Origin: Chiloscyllium plagiosum
Lineage: Eukaryota
Length of the DNA stretch: 64,000 nt
Assembly: GCF_004010195.1 (NCBI RefSeq)
Contig: NC_057718.1
Span: forward strand, 42,974,395 to 43,038,394
Direction: 5' to 3'
Part shown: positions 38,919 to 51,596 of the stretch, one piece after another
Numbering within the stretch: the stretch's first letter is position 1
Layout: the number at the start of each line of letters is the position of its first letter
Program-made: the position numbers and the translations under genes
The notes under the pieces: model-generated
The model's database searches: none
The model's input: only the letters and a program-made list of their open reading frames with translations
Told to the model about the DNA's origin: nothing

Positions 38919-39676
38919 TTCAATCAACTGTCTCTTGGGCAATTCTTCATACTCAGGTGCTAAGTGGGGTAGTTCCTAACTGCTGGCTCTTCATCTGCTG
39001 CACAACTGCAGTTTAAATATGGCATCAGAACCAAGAATCCCTGGAGGTCCCAGCAGTGACAAGTACATTCATTGCTGATGAGCACGCCATACTGTGGACA
39101 GGACACCTTTGAGGTGGGGTGCATACATAATGAGTCAAGCTGCAGAAAATCACAAGGGAAAACTCATTAGCAATCATAAAGGGGAACTTTCCACAAATCT
39201 CCCCAAAACTGACACTTAACCAATTTCTGGTAAAATTCAGCCTCCTATAAGGTATTTTTGACATTGCTGTAATTCCAATCACTTCTGAAATATGAATTTT
39301 CCCTGTTGGCCATCATTGTGTATGTTAACTAAGTTTTACTGAAAGTGCACAGTATTTCAACAAAAAAAACCCAGCAGAGGGCCACAAATGTTGATCTAAC
39401 TGAACACACTTTAATAGTCAAATTCTTTGCATAAAAACACATGAATTTTATGCAAAACTAGTTCTGATGAAAAATCTTCACTTTACAGTAACTCTAATTT
39501 TTTTTTGTTTACTGGGTATCTTTAACACCCTAAGAACAATATTGCAACAATCTACAAAACAAAACCCTCTAGCATAATTTAGAATCACGCTTGTTGCTAT
39601 CTATGCAACATCATGGCAACAAAATTTCACAGATCTCTCCAACATCCTAGTATGCAATAATTATGGTTTTTGACAT

Positions 39677-39913
39677 CAGCTGTGGTTCAGGTAGTCACAT
39701 TCTTACTCCTGAGTTGGAAGGTTATGGGTTCAAGTGACACTCAAGGGTAAAAGGCAAGGCTGGCACTCAAGAGAAGTAAGAGGGAGTTCTGTACTGTCAA
39801 AGGTGTCTTTTAAATGAGATTTTAAATTGAAGCCCTGCTGCCCTGTCATGAGGATCCTGTTGAAGAAAAGCAAGGAAGTTACCCCCAGTGTCCTGGTCAA
39901 TATTTATCCCTCA
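39677..39913 (+). mobile_element. DeuSINE (SacSINE1-like) copy
   Basis: tRNA-like head (..gggttcaagt) and Deu-domain-like gagggagttctgtactgtcaaaggtgtcttt..gatcc..gaagaaaagcaagg..gtgtcctggtcaatatttatccctca. Confidence 0.75.
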
Positions 39914-41361
39914 GTTTTGAAAGGTGCAGTCTTTCCACACTCTCTCTATCATACTCTTGATACATACTTTCAATCTCTGTGTCTGTGTGAGGGTAAAAAG
40001 GGGAAAAAAATTTTTGAAAAATTTATGATACCCTTAACTAAATATATTTTAAGCGTGAACCATTTCCAACCTTGATTCAAGATTCTTCATTCATATAAAC
40101 AATGGGGAATATTATGCAATAATAATTAATTTTGACTTTTTTTCACAATACCAGCTATTAAACAAAACTTACAAACATGAAAGATACCAAAGAAATGAAT
40201 TCTGTTGCAACATTGTTACTGCTTTCCAAAGAGTGTTGAACTCAACCATCATATGAAATGAAAGTGTTGAATTGACTATATATATTTTATATAGAGGAAT
40301 AAAAAAAATTCTTTACATCAGCAGATCGAAGTGCAAGCTAATGTCCACACAGTCTGTAATTACTGTCTAACAGAAAATATACTTTACTCTTGACTTTTGA
40401 CTTAATTAAAGGATACAGAAATGCAGCTGGCCAAGTATGTCGAGTTTTAAGCTGTTTGCTTCCAGCCCCTGGTCATAAGTTCAAGTCAAATCTGTCAGGC
40501 CTATTTCTGATGAATGTTGTCAGTTCTTGGCTGCAGCCAGGGCAGAAAAAAAATAAAAAACAAGAACTGCATCACTTCACAGTCGGTGTGTATCCCATTG
40601 GCTGAGCATGGACTGAATTAAAGTCACTGTTCTCACAAAGAATGGAAGTTAACTGCAGAGAAGATGATAGATCTCTACCTTCACCAGTTATGGTACATCA
40701 CATAAGTAGAACACAGGAGGGAAGATTTGGCATGGGGAACCTGCTTTCAGACCCTGAACTTCTCTGCCATGAATTTTATAGGACAGGCTGTCCAGAAGGT
40801 CTTATCCAACTCTGCAGCCAGAATTATATTTCTGTATTGCACTCCAGCAATGCTTAACACTCAATGGGTCAAGGTGAATGTTTACTCGCAAGCTCTCTCA
40901 AAATTAGGGAAGAGGCAAGAAAAACCTTTCTAACTCATATAACAAATTTATGACAAAACAATTAACTCCATATGCAAGCAAAATTGATGCATATTTCTTC
41001 CAACTTTATTATCTTTCAAAACTTTGTTTCATTGTGAAGTGGTGAACTATCAGTTCCATTGAGTTTCTTAGAGGGTTCCTCACTGTAAGGTCTAACAAGA
41101 CATTTTGCTTTATCTTATTAAACTCACCTCGATAATGACCTATCCCATCCTTATGGCATTCCTCATGCCCGATTGTAGCCTCATCTCGTCACTTGACATT
41201 CCCAGAAGAACTCGACACTCACTGAACATCCACTAGATGACCAGCATCCCTACAACTTGTGATGTATTTAAAAATTGCTATGCATGCGGGTGTGCATTGA
41301 CATTCCAAAGCTCCCTGCTTGAAAACAGACATTCCTTAAGAAGATTGTCAGAGAAGGAGAA

Positions 41362-41569
41362 ATGGCACCATGACTCTCCAACAGTGACCTGGACATCAAG
41401 ATGGACAGAGCGCCACAGAGGAGGGGCATCCTTTGCCCAGGGACAGGCAGAGGAGGCCACATCACCAGACCCTGACAGCCCAGTCCAAGGTCCAAGAGAC
41501 AATGTAGTTGCCATGTTCTGGAGGCATGGCTAGCAATGTCACAAGAAGGTCAATGACCTTCTCTGTTCC
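41362..41569 (+). pseudogene. Harbinger-associated Myb/SANT-like protein remnant
   Basis: MAP*LSNSDLDIKMD..QRRGILCP / RRPHHQTL / WRHG*QCHKKVNDLL across frameshifts. Confidence 0.65.
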
Positions 41570-41674
41570 AACAGCTAAGTGGCACACTCTTCATTGATCC
41601 CTTTCACTTAAGAACTACATCTAACTCCTTATTGAAAGCATTCAATGTTTGGCCTCAACCACTTTCTCTAACAT

Positions 41675-41782
41675 GACTCTGAAAAAGAGTCATACCAAAC
41701 TCAAAATATTAACTCTGTTTTTCTTTCCACAGATGCTACCAGATCTGTCAAGTTTCTCCAGTATTCTCTGTGTTTGTTTATT
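41675..41782 (+). mobile_element. Penelope-like terminus
   Basis: ctgaaaaagagtcataccaaactcaaaatattaactctgttt..ccacagatgct..tttctccagtatt. Confidence 0.7.
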
Positions 41783-43349
41783 ATTGCTTATCGCTAATTC
41801 CCCTTATGGAGATGGTAGTGAGCTACATTCTTAAGCCACAGTATCTAGTGTAGAGAGAGCTGCACCAATGCTGGCAAGACAGAGTTTGACATGGTGACAG
41901 TGAAGGAATAGTACCATTGTTCTGAAAGATGACAACTTTTTTTTATATGAATGGTCATTGAAGTAAAGCGACACACACACACACAAAACAGTTTGATGTT
42001 GGTTATTAAATTTGACCAAAAATTGCCATTATTTTCATATTTGTGAAAAGACAAACTCATATCACTTTATTTGACAGTTTTGGTAGATTTGCTGCATGCA
42101 ATAAACAGTAAATTGAAGCTTTATGAAAACTGTAAATTTATTTTCTACAATGCTGATGCAGAACCTTGTCAACTCAATTAATTCTCCCTGCCAATGCCAC
42201 ATACAATTTATGGTGTAAATAAATGATTCCATTTGTTGTACAGCAGAGGGATGCACCACCTAATCAGTTCTCTCACTCTGTGTATCACAATGGCATTTAA
42301 AAAAAACATAGATTCCTTGAGGTAAAAAAAAGGACTTTCACAAGCCTTTATCAGCTGAAAAACATCCACCTTGAATGAGGTGAAACCTGGATATTGAGAA
42401 GTGACAGGACATCACTACAAGGAGTGAGTAAACTATGACAATTAATATGGTAAAATAAATGTGTGTAGCATCCAGGACTGGTGTAAGGATATCAGTTCTA
42501 AGAAGAAATGCATTGACCTCATTTTGGTATTGCCTCCACATTATGATATTCGTAACAGCATCTTTTTCTTTTCTTTTAATCTTTAACCTGCCAGAGTATA
42601 ACAATCCCATTAATTGACATATCAAATTTAAGAAGAAGAATGTAACAGAATAAAGGAAAGAAAGGGTTTTCGGTTATATTTTCCCTTCTAGCATAATGGC
42701 CCATAAAAATATGTCTTTTGTAGTCACTAATACTTATAGCTTCCTTAAACTTCACAGAAGATAGAGTTAAATTGAATCAAATGAGACTACTTCATTTCTT
42801 GATAGAAGTTACAGCAACAGTACAGAAGCTATACATAGCTAATACAAATGCTAATAATACTATACACGACAGAAATAGTATTAGGATGAAGAGAGTCTGT
42901 TCTAAATAGAGTCAGCTCTTCTTTTAATAGTTTATACTAACAGTGTTTTCAAAATGAGGTAAACTAACAACAAACATGGGTCTGAATTGTGTGGTTAGGA
43001 CTGTTGTAAAAGCATTAAGCAATACAATGTACTCTAGAGTGGTAAGCATTTTATTTGCTAAGGTATTGCAAAATAATTAACTTATTATGGATCTTGAAAC
43101 ATAGAGTACAATTATTCCACAGTGATACCAATCCCCAAATGCTTTGTAAATGTAACATTCACTGTACTTCTATCTATTTTTATTTTATTAAGACATATTG
43201 TGAATTCAACCTCAAATAGAAGAAATATAAGCATGTTGTATAACAGATCCACAGCCAGCCAATTTATCTCCTCACTAAATTTGAATTTCACACCTAATCT
43301 GATTTGCGTTAAGAATATAAATCCAGTTTCTCTGATCCGGGATAAGAAC

Positions 43350-43500
43350 AGAACAGGTGAGGTACTGACCCAAATATATCAGCAAGATCCCAGATTCAAC
43401 CCTGGGCCTGTACTGAGTTAACTGCTTTCTGCTGTGGAGGCTGGCTATATGTTACAAGAGCTGCAGTCCTCGTGTGTGGTGGCCAGAGTAGGACTAGTCA
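43350..43500 (+). mobile_element. Old tRNA-derived SINE remnant
   Basis: cccagattcaaccctgggcctgtactgagttaactg has a B-box-like segment and a body I recall from shark repeats. Confidence 0.35.
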
Positions 43501-44149
43501 GGACTTTAACAAAAACACTGGGTGTAATGGAGGCAAGGGGGGTCTCTCCCTAGAGCCCTGTGTTACTTACTTTAGGAAAGGCCTGACATATGAAGAACCA
43601 TTCAACCACGTAACTGGACAGCAGTGGGCCCTACCAGCGGCAAATGTACTGATTACCAAGATGCACACAGTGAGCATTGAAAAACAGTGCAACTGGGGAG
43701 GGTGTGCTTGGTGTGAATTTGACACCCGCCTGAAGCCCAGCTTCTTTGTTGTATCCTATGCCACAGGTGAGAAATGGCAGGTCAGAGTTGAGCTGCAAAA
43801 AATAGATAAGGGAGATGTAGGGGCAGGGGGTCAGCAGCAAGCACAGAAGGTTAGCTCAGGCTGCATTTGAATGAGAGACAGGGGACCCTGATGGCCATTA
43901 TGTTAATACCAGTGGTAGTAGGATGAGGTCCTTAAGTAAGCATCAATTGCCTTCCCACCAAGGTCTTGATAGGGGTGGAATGAGGAAGGTAGCAGGATCC
44001 CCATCTGCCACTATCCCACCTGATTAAGTGCCCTGCCATCAAACAGGAAAGGGCATTAAACTCCACCCACAATCACAGTAATGAAAATAGGAGAGAATGA
44101 TTAAGTAGAAAGCTACCAACTAATGTTTTGCCCATCAACATTTTATTAC

Positions 44150-44302
44150 CCAATGGCAGATCAGACACACAGCACCATAATTTCCACCTTGGGTAGGGCA
44201 TGGAGGCAGGTCCCCAGTACACCTGCCCAGAACAGGAATTAAACACCATGCTCCAGCACCAATCTGGTCCAGACTAGATGTCCATCCAACTGAGCCAACC
44301 AC
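44150..44302 (-). mobile_element. tRNA-derived SINE fragment
   Basis: Minus strand ggttggctcagttgg (A-box) and gtttaattcc (B-box-like). Confidence 0.55.
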
Positions 44303-44384
44303 GCCATCAAGAAGTCTGATATGCTCTGGCAACATTCTCTATCCTGGAGCAATGAATAGTGATGATGGAGGCTCCAATTTCTTT

Positions 44385-44582
44385 CCATCGCATGATTGAC
44401 CAAGAATATCTCCCATGCTTATTGCCTGCTATCAGCGTATGCTGGAAGAATTTACAAGTTGATACTCAACATGTTTGGCTACATGATCAATGCACTGTCC
44501 TTGGCCACCAAATCCTGGAGTGTGGCTCAAATCCAAAATGTCTGGTTCAGAGGTAGGTTTGCCCACTATTGCCTCACAGTAC
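44385..44582 (-). mobile_element. tRNA-derived SINE fragment
   Basis: Minus strand ctgtgaggcaatagtggg..ctacctctgaaccaga..ggatttgagccacactccagga. Confidence 0.5.
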
Positions 44583-44724
44583 CACTACAAACTACATTAG
44601 GCTTATGATAGCTTCCTTCCCACAATCCAGATTAAATTAATTTTAGTTGCTTACATGCAACCATTCATCCTATTTACTGATTCAATGCAGGTTTCATCTA
44701 TCCTCTCCACTGTCATCCACCCTG

Positions 44725-44783
44725 CTTCTCTCTCCCCCTCTATCTCTCTCTCTCTCGCACACACACATACACACACACATACA
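44725..44783. repeat. (CT)n-(CA)n compound microsatellite
   Basis: Directly visible. Confidence 0.9.
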
Positions 44784-46007
44784 CGTTATAGAAGCTTATC
44801 CACAATATGCATTCTTAACTGGAGCTAATTCAATTAAGAATATTCATCGAAACTCAGTTATATCCCTTACAGCAGTAACTGTAGCAATTGCTTCATATGA
44901 GTGCTGTGACAACATTAAAAAATCATTATTCATTTCTACAAGTTATATGGTTTCTCATGCACATCACATTATTTATTAATTTTAGTCTCTCTTTTATATT
45001 TTATTAATTTAATTAAATTTTATGGATGGTAGAAACTTTTCATTATGTCAGGGTTGACATTAGTTAAGGTTTCCCTCAAGTATTTTAAAAGCTGCTAATT
45101 GATCTGTCACCATACAATGTGTTTTATTGAAACCTCATAAGAAGACCTAATGAGAACAAGCAAAAGGTGTTCTTAAAAATTATATGCAAAGTAGCAGTAT
45201 TAGAATTCATAATTCACAGGTAAACAGTCAGCAGTTTTCATGGAAATCAAGTTCTCTTTTATTTAAAATGACAAAAAAGAGGTAACAACAAGTCACAGTT
45301 TTCATTGCAGCCCTCATACAAAAGAGTGTCTTAAAGAATGTGACAAAATGATAAGATAATTGCCAAGCAGCTGAAAGGGAAGTTTTAGGGGCATGGAACA
45401 AAATACATGATCAAACAGATTTCAAAGGAAGGATGGGTATCAATGATTTATAGAAAGATTTCCAAACAACACAACAACATAGCAAGTGACAGATTAGCCT
45501 CCAAAAGTGGAGGATGAGGACAATAGGTAACAATCCAATCTCAGAGAAGTAGATGCTACAATTTGATTTGTTACTTAAATACTGCCTAGTAGTGAAACTA
45601 CTAGACCACTTGACCGTCAGCCATAAGTCCCATGTTTTAAAATATCAATCAGCCTCTCTTCAGATTCTCCTCAGGATAAAGCAGGCAAGTCACCTGCGAA
45701 AGGCAGAAAAAAAGTGGGTCAAGAATGAATCAAACCTCACATTGCCCAACAGTGTGTTGTCAAACTAAATGAAAGAATGCCATTGACAACATTTATACGC
45801 ATGTTCATTTGCTGACCCAGTACAACCTATTAACAAATTATAATAATGTGGAAATGAGGAGAGATACAATTAATAACATAACTTCCTATCAGATATTACA
45901 TCTATATTAATGGACCAAGCAATTACCATACTGGTAACAAATTTATAGTTCTGTTGTGCTGAGTTGAATGCATGTATTCTGTTCAATATATTATACTAGG
46001 ATTCAGG

Positions 46008-46310
46008 TTAGATTAGATTACTTACAGTGTGGAAACAGGCCCTTCGGCCCAACAAGTCCACATTGATCCTCTGAAGAGCAACCCACCCACCCCAACATTT
46101 GCCCCTTCACCTAACACTACAGGTAATTTAGCATGGCAAATTCACTTGACCTGCATATCTTTGGACTGTGGGAGGAAACCGGAGCACCCGGAGGAAACCC
46201 ACACAGAGAATGTGCAAATTCCACACAGACATTTGCCCGAGGCAAGAATTGAACCCAGGTGTCTGGCACTGAGAGGCAGCAGTGCTAACCACTGTGCCAC
46301 TGTGCTGCCC
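46008..46310 (-). mobile_element. HE1-like V-SINE
   Basis: gggcagcacagtggcacagtggttagcactgctgcctc head, V-domain (gggtttcctccgggtgctccggtttcctcccacagtccaaaga), CR1-like tail with (aatct)n. Confidence 0.92.
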
Positions 46311-47484
46311 TTGGTTTTAATATGTAGAATGATATACATATTATTAGCTGAAAGAGCTTGTCCTAATACATCTGGCAATTAGATAAAAGGGCAATCTGCT
46401 TTAGAGGAATATGCAAAATGGGAAATGGATATTAGAATAATATTAAATGAACTAGTTACGAGAGAAGTATAGTCCATTTCAGTTGGTGTTATAAGAATGG
46501 TGTGAAGATTTGAGGGTTTGGTATAGTGTAGTTCATGTCATTTCTCTTTGGCTGTGAGTCACTGCCCTGTAGCTGCAGTGCTTTGTTCTGCGTTTAAAAA
46601 ATATATCCATGGATAAGCAAGCAAAAGTTTTAACTTGGTAGAACTAACTTGCAAATCAATAAAGCTCATTCAAAGCCTGACTGAATTGTTTATTGAGTAA
46701 ATTACTGAGCAGTACGTAAAAGATAATTTTACTAAGTCCATTGTGAGTGTTCCCTCATGTAATGCAGCACTTTGATGTTGTTTATAACTCTACACAAGGA
46801 TCCCAGAGAGTTCATGAGGTCATCATTTTTCTGTCCAGCCCAAGTTAAGTATATGCAGACACCATCTCAAAATTTCTATATATTAATTTGTGTTGTGTTT
46901 TTGATCTAGTAGAATGTGATTACTGCTGCTGTTAATTAGCAAAAAAACATCATCTACAATAGTAACACTATTCCTTTGGGTAGCTGACATTTTCTTTCAG
47001 AAGTCAGTGGAATATGTTAGTGTTTGAAAGCAGTCCATGAGAGCATGTTAATATTTGTATAAAGCTTTCCACACAAAAAGCGTGAAGATGACTTTCTTAG
47101 AAGAAGTATGTAAAATAACATGAAGGTACTCATCGCCAAACAACACTTGACAAATAGCCTGTCGATAACCGCAGATCTAGGATTTTGCATTGGCATACGA
47201 CGCGGGGCAACACATGGGTCTGTACTAATGTACTTCAAATGACAAATCTAAATTTCAAAACTGCTATTTATCAGGATTAAGACATTATTGTCTTAAAAAT
47301 ACATGCTTTTTAGTCATTTCCAAAGAATTTTGCACAAAATCAAAAACTAACTTCACCAAGTCCATTATTTTCATTGTAGCATTATGAAAAACAAGATCTG
47401 ATTAAAGTGAACTGTCAACATTATTGGGCTACACTACAATATTCCTTCTGGTTTTTACTTTTAAATTGGCACATCTTGAAAGAG

Positions 47485-47713
47485 AAACATAAGAGACAAG
47501 AGCAGGAGTAGGCCATTTGGCCCCTCATGCCTGCTCCACCACTCAATATGATTGTGGCTGATCTTTTTGTGGATTCAGCTCCACTGACCCACCTGCTCAC
47601 CATAACCTATAATTCCTTGACTGTTCAAAAATCTATCTAGCTTTGCCTTAAAAACATTCACCAAGGTAGCTTCAACTGCTTCAGTGGGCAGGGAATTCCA
47701 CAGATTCACAACT
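47485..47713 (-). mobile_element. CR1 3' end
   Basis: gagcaggagtaggccatttggcccctc..gggcagggaattccacagattcacaac. Confidence 0.85.
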
Positions 47714-47755
47714 ATATTGTGGTTGCTCAGAAGTACCTAAGCAAAATACAACATA

Positions 47756-47932
47756 CCGAGGAACCTCAATGATCCGAACAACATGGGCGGGGAGTATTTT
47801 GCTCGGATAATCGAATGTTCGGATAATCGCAAGTTCAGATAACACAGTTTAGCCAAGCATCGGGATCTTATGATCTTGTTCAGATAATCCGAAATTCGGA
47901 TAATCGAATGCCGGATAATTGAGGTTCCTCTG
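47756..47932. mobile_element. Tc1/mariner-pogo (Tigger-like) MITE
   Basis: TIRs ccgaggaacctcaatgatccg and cggataattgaggttcctctg; TA on both sides (47754-47755, 47933-47934); internal repeats of ttcggataatcg. Confidence 0.85.
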
Positions 47933-48769
47933 TATATTAAAAGACACATTGTCTCTTCAATTAATGGACGGTATTGAACTCAGACAAAAGAGTTCTCACC
48001 CATTAGCTGAAGAGCTGCTGACAACTCTGTGTCACCTGCTTTTGGAAGATCCATTGAATTAACAGCTTATCAGGCTCTTAAAGGGAGAGCAGCAGGCTTT
48101 CCCTGGAATAAGGACTTCCCAGGCAAGTCCACTTAATTGCTCACTTAAGGGCTTGATTTGGGACAGGAAGGTCACCGACATGCCTTTCCACTCCAACTTA
48201 ATCACGCAAGAGCATGAATGTAGCAGGCCTCCAACTCGCCACCATTCTGCCTGATTAAATGTCCCATGCTTCCAAATTTTCCTCAGGAAGGGCATTGAAT
48301 TCTGCAGACTCAGTTTGTGCATGTGGAATAAGGCCTTAGGTAAAGGTAATTTATAATCACAATGCAGAATGCCATGTAACTAATTGGAATTTGCAATGTG
48401 GTTGAAGGCAATTGAATGCACCGCAAAACATGTGATCAAATTAACATGGAACTCTCCTAAAGGAAAATATTTATTCTGATGTCAAACTCACACCAAAATT
48501 TGGAAACAAAACACTATGTTGATCCATCTGAATGTCTGACTATCAGTTTTGCATGGGTTAAGTCAAGGTTTAACTTAACAGCAATGGAAATTTTCCCTGT
48601 GTCAACATGTCCTGTATTCGATTAAGTACTTCTTCAAATCTGCAACAAAACAAGTAAGGAAATAGGTAGAGCTTAAAAAGACTTTTAGCAGCTCTATAAA
48701 GACATAACCTGTATGAAGTATTGAAAAATAGATAATGTAACCTAATTCAAAAGAAAATACATGAATTGA

Positions 48770-50250
48770 GAAATAATCTAATGCAGACAGTAGGAAATTA
48801 CTTGAGAACATTTTAGGAAATATTATCAGTGTTCACCTAAAGGGCAAAAAATCATAAGTAGCTAGGATAATTTTGAACCAATAGGTCATGTCTCATAAAT
48901 CTAATGAGACTCTTTGTAAAAGTAGATAAATGAGTAGATGTGAATCATAGATATAACTAACTTTAACTTCCAAAAGGCATTTGTACGGTTTTTAAGCAAG
49001 CTAATGAGTTAACAGAAAATTAGCTAGCCACCTAGCTTGACACTGGACAGCAAAAGGCAATAGTAAATGGAACGTGCTATCTGGCAATCACTGGCTAGTG
49101 AAGTTTTGTCGAAGTCAGTGCTGAGCCAATTGTAATTTACATCATTTAGTGATTAGCTAAAGAGACAATATAGAATGTAGAATCATAGAATATTTCAGTA
49201 CAGAAAAAGAGACTTGGCCCATCAAATCTACCCTTTTCTCCAGATGGGTTGTCTACTCCAATCCCATACTTCTGTTCATTACCCCTGCCCTGGATAATTC
49301 TCTTTTCACAAGCAACTAATTGCCTTATAAAATAAATAATTAATTATCCTTTAATGATGGACTAACAACAGAAAATGCTGCATTCCTACCACCCACATTG
49401 TGATCTCCATTGTTATCTATTTTCATGACCATCCTAAATTTTTATCCTCACATTTTTTTTCCTACTTGTCAATCAAAACCTAATGTGCAACTATTGGAAT
49501 CCTTCATAATCTTAAAAAAAATTAATTTATGTCACAAATTAGTTTTCTGGTGAAACTAGATAATTAGTTTGCTACTTTTCTCAGTCCTAACTTCTTAATT
49601 CTCTCTTTATGTAACTTATCATCCCTTGGCAGATTCCACTCAATCTTGGTATGTCCTTTACTATTGTATTTATATCCGTACTGTAAATGAGTGCCCAAAA
49701 CTACATCTTTTATTCTAACTGTAGTCTAAAGTGATATACTGGTTCAACACTGTCCTTCTATTTGCCTTTTCGAACAATCCTATCTACCTGTATTTTCACC
49801 TTTGATAACTTGCATGTCCATGTATCAAAGTTCTTCAGTTTCTATACTAAGTTAAACCCTTATTGCTTAAGCTATACTTTGTTTTCTCCTTCTTTAATCC
49901 AAAATGTGTTACTTTGTAGTTGTCCACACTGATCTGCACCTGCCACCGATCTGTTTACCCTGTGGACTTTCCTGCAATCACTTGCAAAATCACTCATCCA
50001 AAAGTTCATTCTGGTTTGCTCTCATCAAATTTAGAGTAAATAATATATTTGCTTATGTTAAGTCGAAATCATCCATGTCTATGTAAATTAATTTGATCCC
50101 AATGACCCTGTTGGGCACCATCAACATAGCTTGCAATACTTCATTTTAAATATAACATAAGTAATAGCAGCTAAAGGAAACCATTTGGTCTTCAAGCCTG
50201 CTCCCCATTTAACAAGATCATTTCTGAACTTGACCCAAAACTCCTTCTTT
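48770..50250. mobile_element. Cluster of old CR1 fragments (plus about 48770-49150; minus about 49170-50250)
   Basis: aataggtcatgtctcataaatcta (RSCL.NL), gatata..ttccaaaaggcatttg (D..FQKAF); tagaatcatagaat tail on minus. Confidence 0.6.
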
Positions 50251-50896
50251 TGATGCCATCTCTACATCTTTAATTTCCTTGGTGAAGTATGGGCAAAACT
50301 ATTTTCCAGTGTGAACCCAGTTAAAATAAAACAATTAAAATGACCTTGGATGTGAGTAAAAAACTGAAAAATGCAGCTTAGTCACATTCAATGCATAATT
50401 ATTCAAAGTTTGAGTTTTATAGGTCAATTTATAGTACACAAAAGTGTGGATGTCTGAATTTCTCAAGCACTTTGTAGAAGTATTGTTTTATGTATTAGGT
50501 TTCAATCAAGCTCTCCACAGTCTGGGAGAAGAAAACTCAGTATCATCCTCTCTCCCCAAGCCCACATCAACACTGTAATCAGTGCCTCCTTCACAACCTT
50601 ACAGACAATCCAAACCTCCATTCCCACGAAGTTCTCCTGCTGCTGCACAGATCACTGAGGAACAGACTCCTGGAACCGGAGGTCAGTGTATCTGTGCAAT
50701 ACTTGGAAGGTGCAGGCTTTTCTAGCAGCAGCATAGCTGCCCAGTTCAGAGGGAACTCTGTCAAAAACATACCCATGAGCCCACACAAGACTGTCTTCAC
50801 AACCATCACTCCCACACAATCACTCACCCAGCAATCTGGTTTTCCAAACTCCATCCCTTCACTCACTCACAAACCCTTGCCCTTCTTTTACACCTG

Positions 50897-51123
50897 AAGA
50901 AAGTGAGGACTGCAGATGCTGCCAGTCAGTCGAAAAGTGTGGCACTGGGAATGCACAACAGGTCAGGCAGCATCCAAAGAGCTGGAGAATCGATGTTTCA
51001 GGCATAAGCTCTTCATCAGTAATGGGGGGGGGGGGGGAGGGAAGGCTAATGCCCGAAACATTTATTCTCCTGCTTCTCGATGATGCCTGAATTGCTGTGC
51101 TTTTCCAGCACCACCCTCTCGAC
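50897..51123. mobile_element. Inverted pair of Penelope-like termini separated by poly-G
   Basis: 50897-51020 minus and 51041-51123 plus; minus copy carries ctgatgaagagcttatgcctgaaacatcgattc. Confidence 0.8.
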
Positions 51124-51129
51124 CCTGTT

Positions 51130-51596
51130 AATGATCAGCCAATCTCATTCTGATAGTTCAGAGCAGAGGGTGGAGCGGATGGGTGGGAAGGAATGTGGAT
51201 AGGTAGGACAGTTCAAGAGGGCAGTGCTGAGTTGGAGGGTTGGATCTGGGATGAGGTGGGGGGAGGGGAGATGAGGAAACTGGTGATATTGATGCCATGT
51301 GGTTGAATGATCCAAGGCAGAAGATGAGGCATTTTTCCTCCAGATGTCAGGTAGCTAGGACTTGGCAGTGGTGGAGACCCATGACTTACATGTCCTTGGC
51401 AGAGTGAGACAGGGAATTGAATGGCTGGCCACAGGCTGGTTGGATTGTTTGGTGCGCGTCCCAGAGATGTTCTCTGAAATATTCTGCGAGTTGGTGTCCT
51501 GTCTCCCCAATGTAGAGGAGACCACATTGAGATCAATATTCACAGTAGATGGATGTTGCCTGACCTGCGGTACCTTTTCAGCACCACACTTTTTTA
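51130..51596 (-). mobile_element. Penelope-like GIY-YIG region and 3' UTR
   Basis: Minus frame CGLLYIGETGHQLAEYFREHL. Confidence 0.85.

Noticed and set aside
39371..39387. CTCF-like ccagcagaggggccac
   Set aside because: Extra G displaces the conserved GGC; weak match
46029..46382. ORFs overlapping HE1 SINEs (also 52751-53073, 54593-54796)
   Set aside because: Translations of SINE sequence
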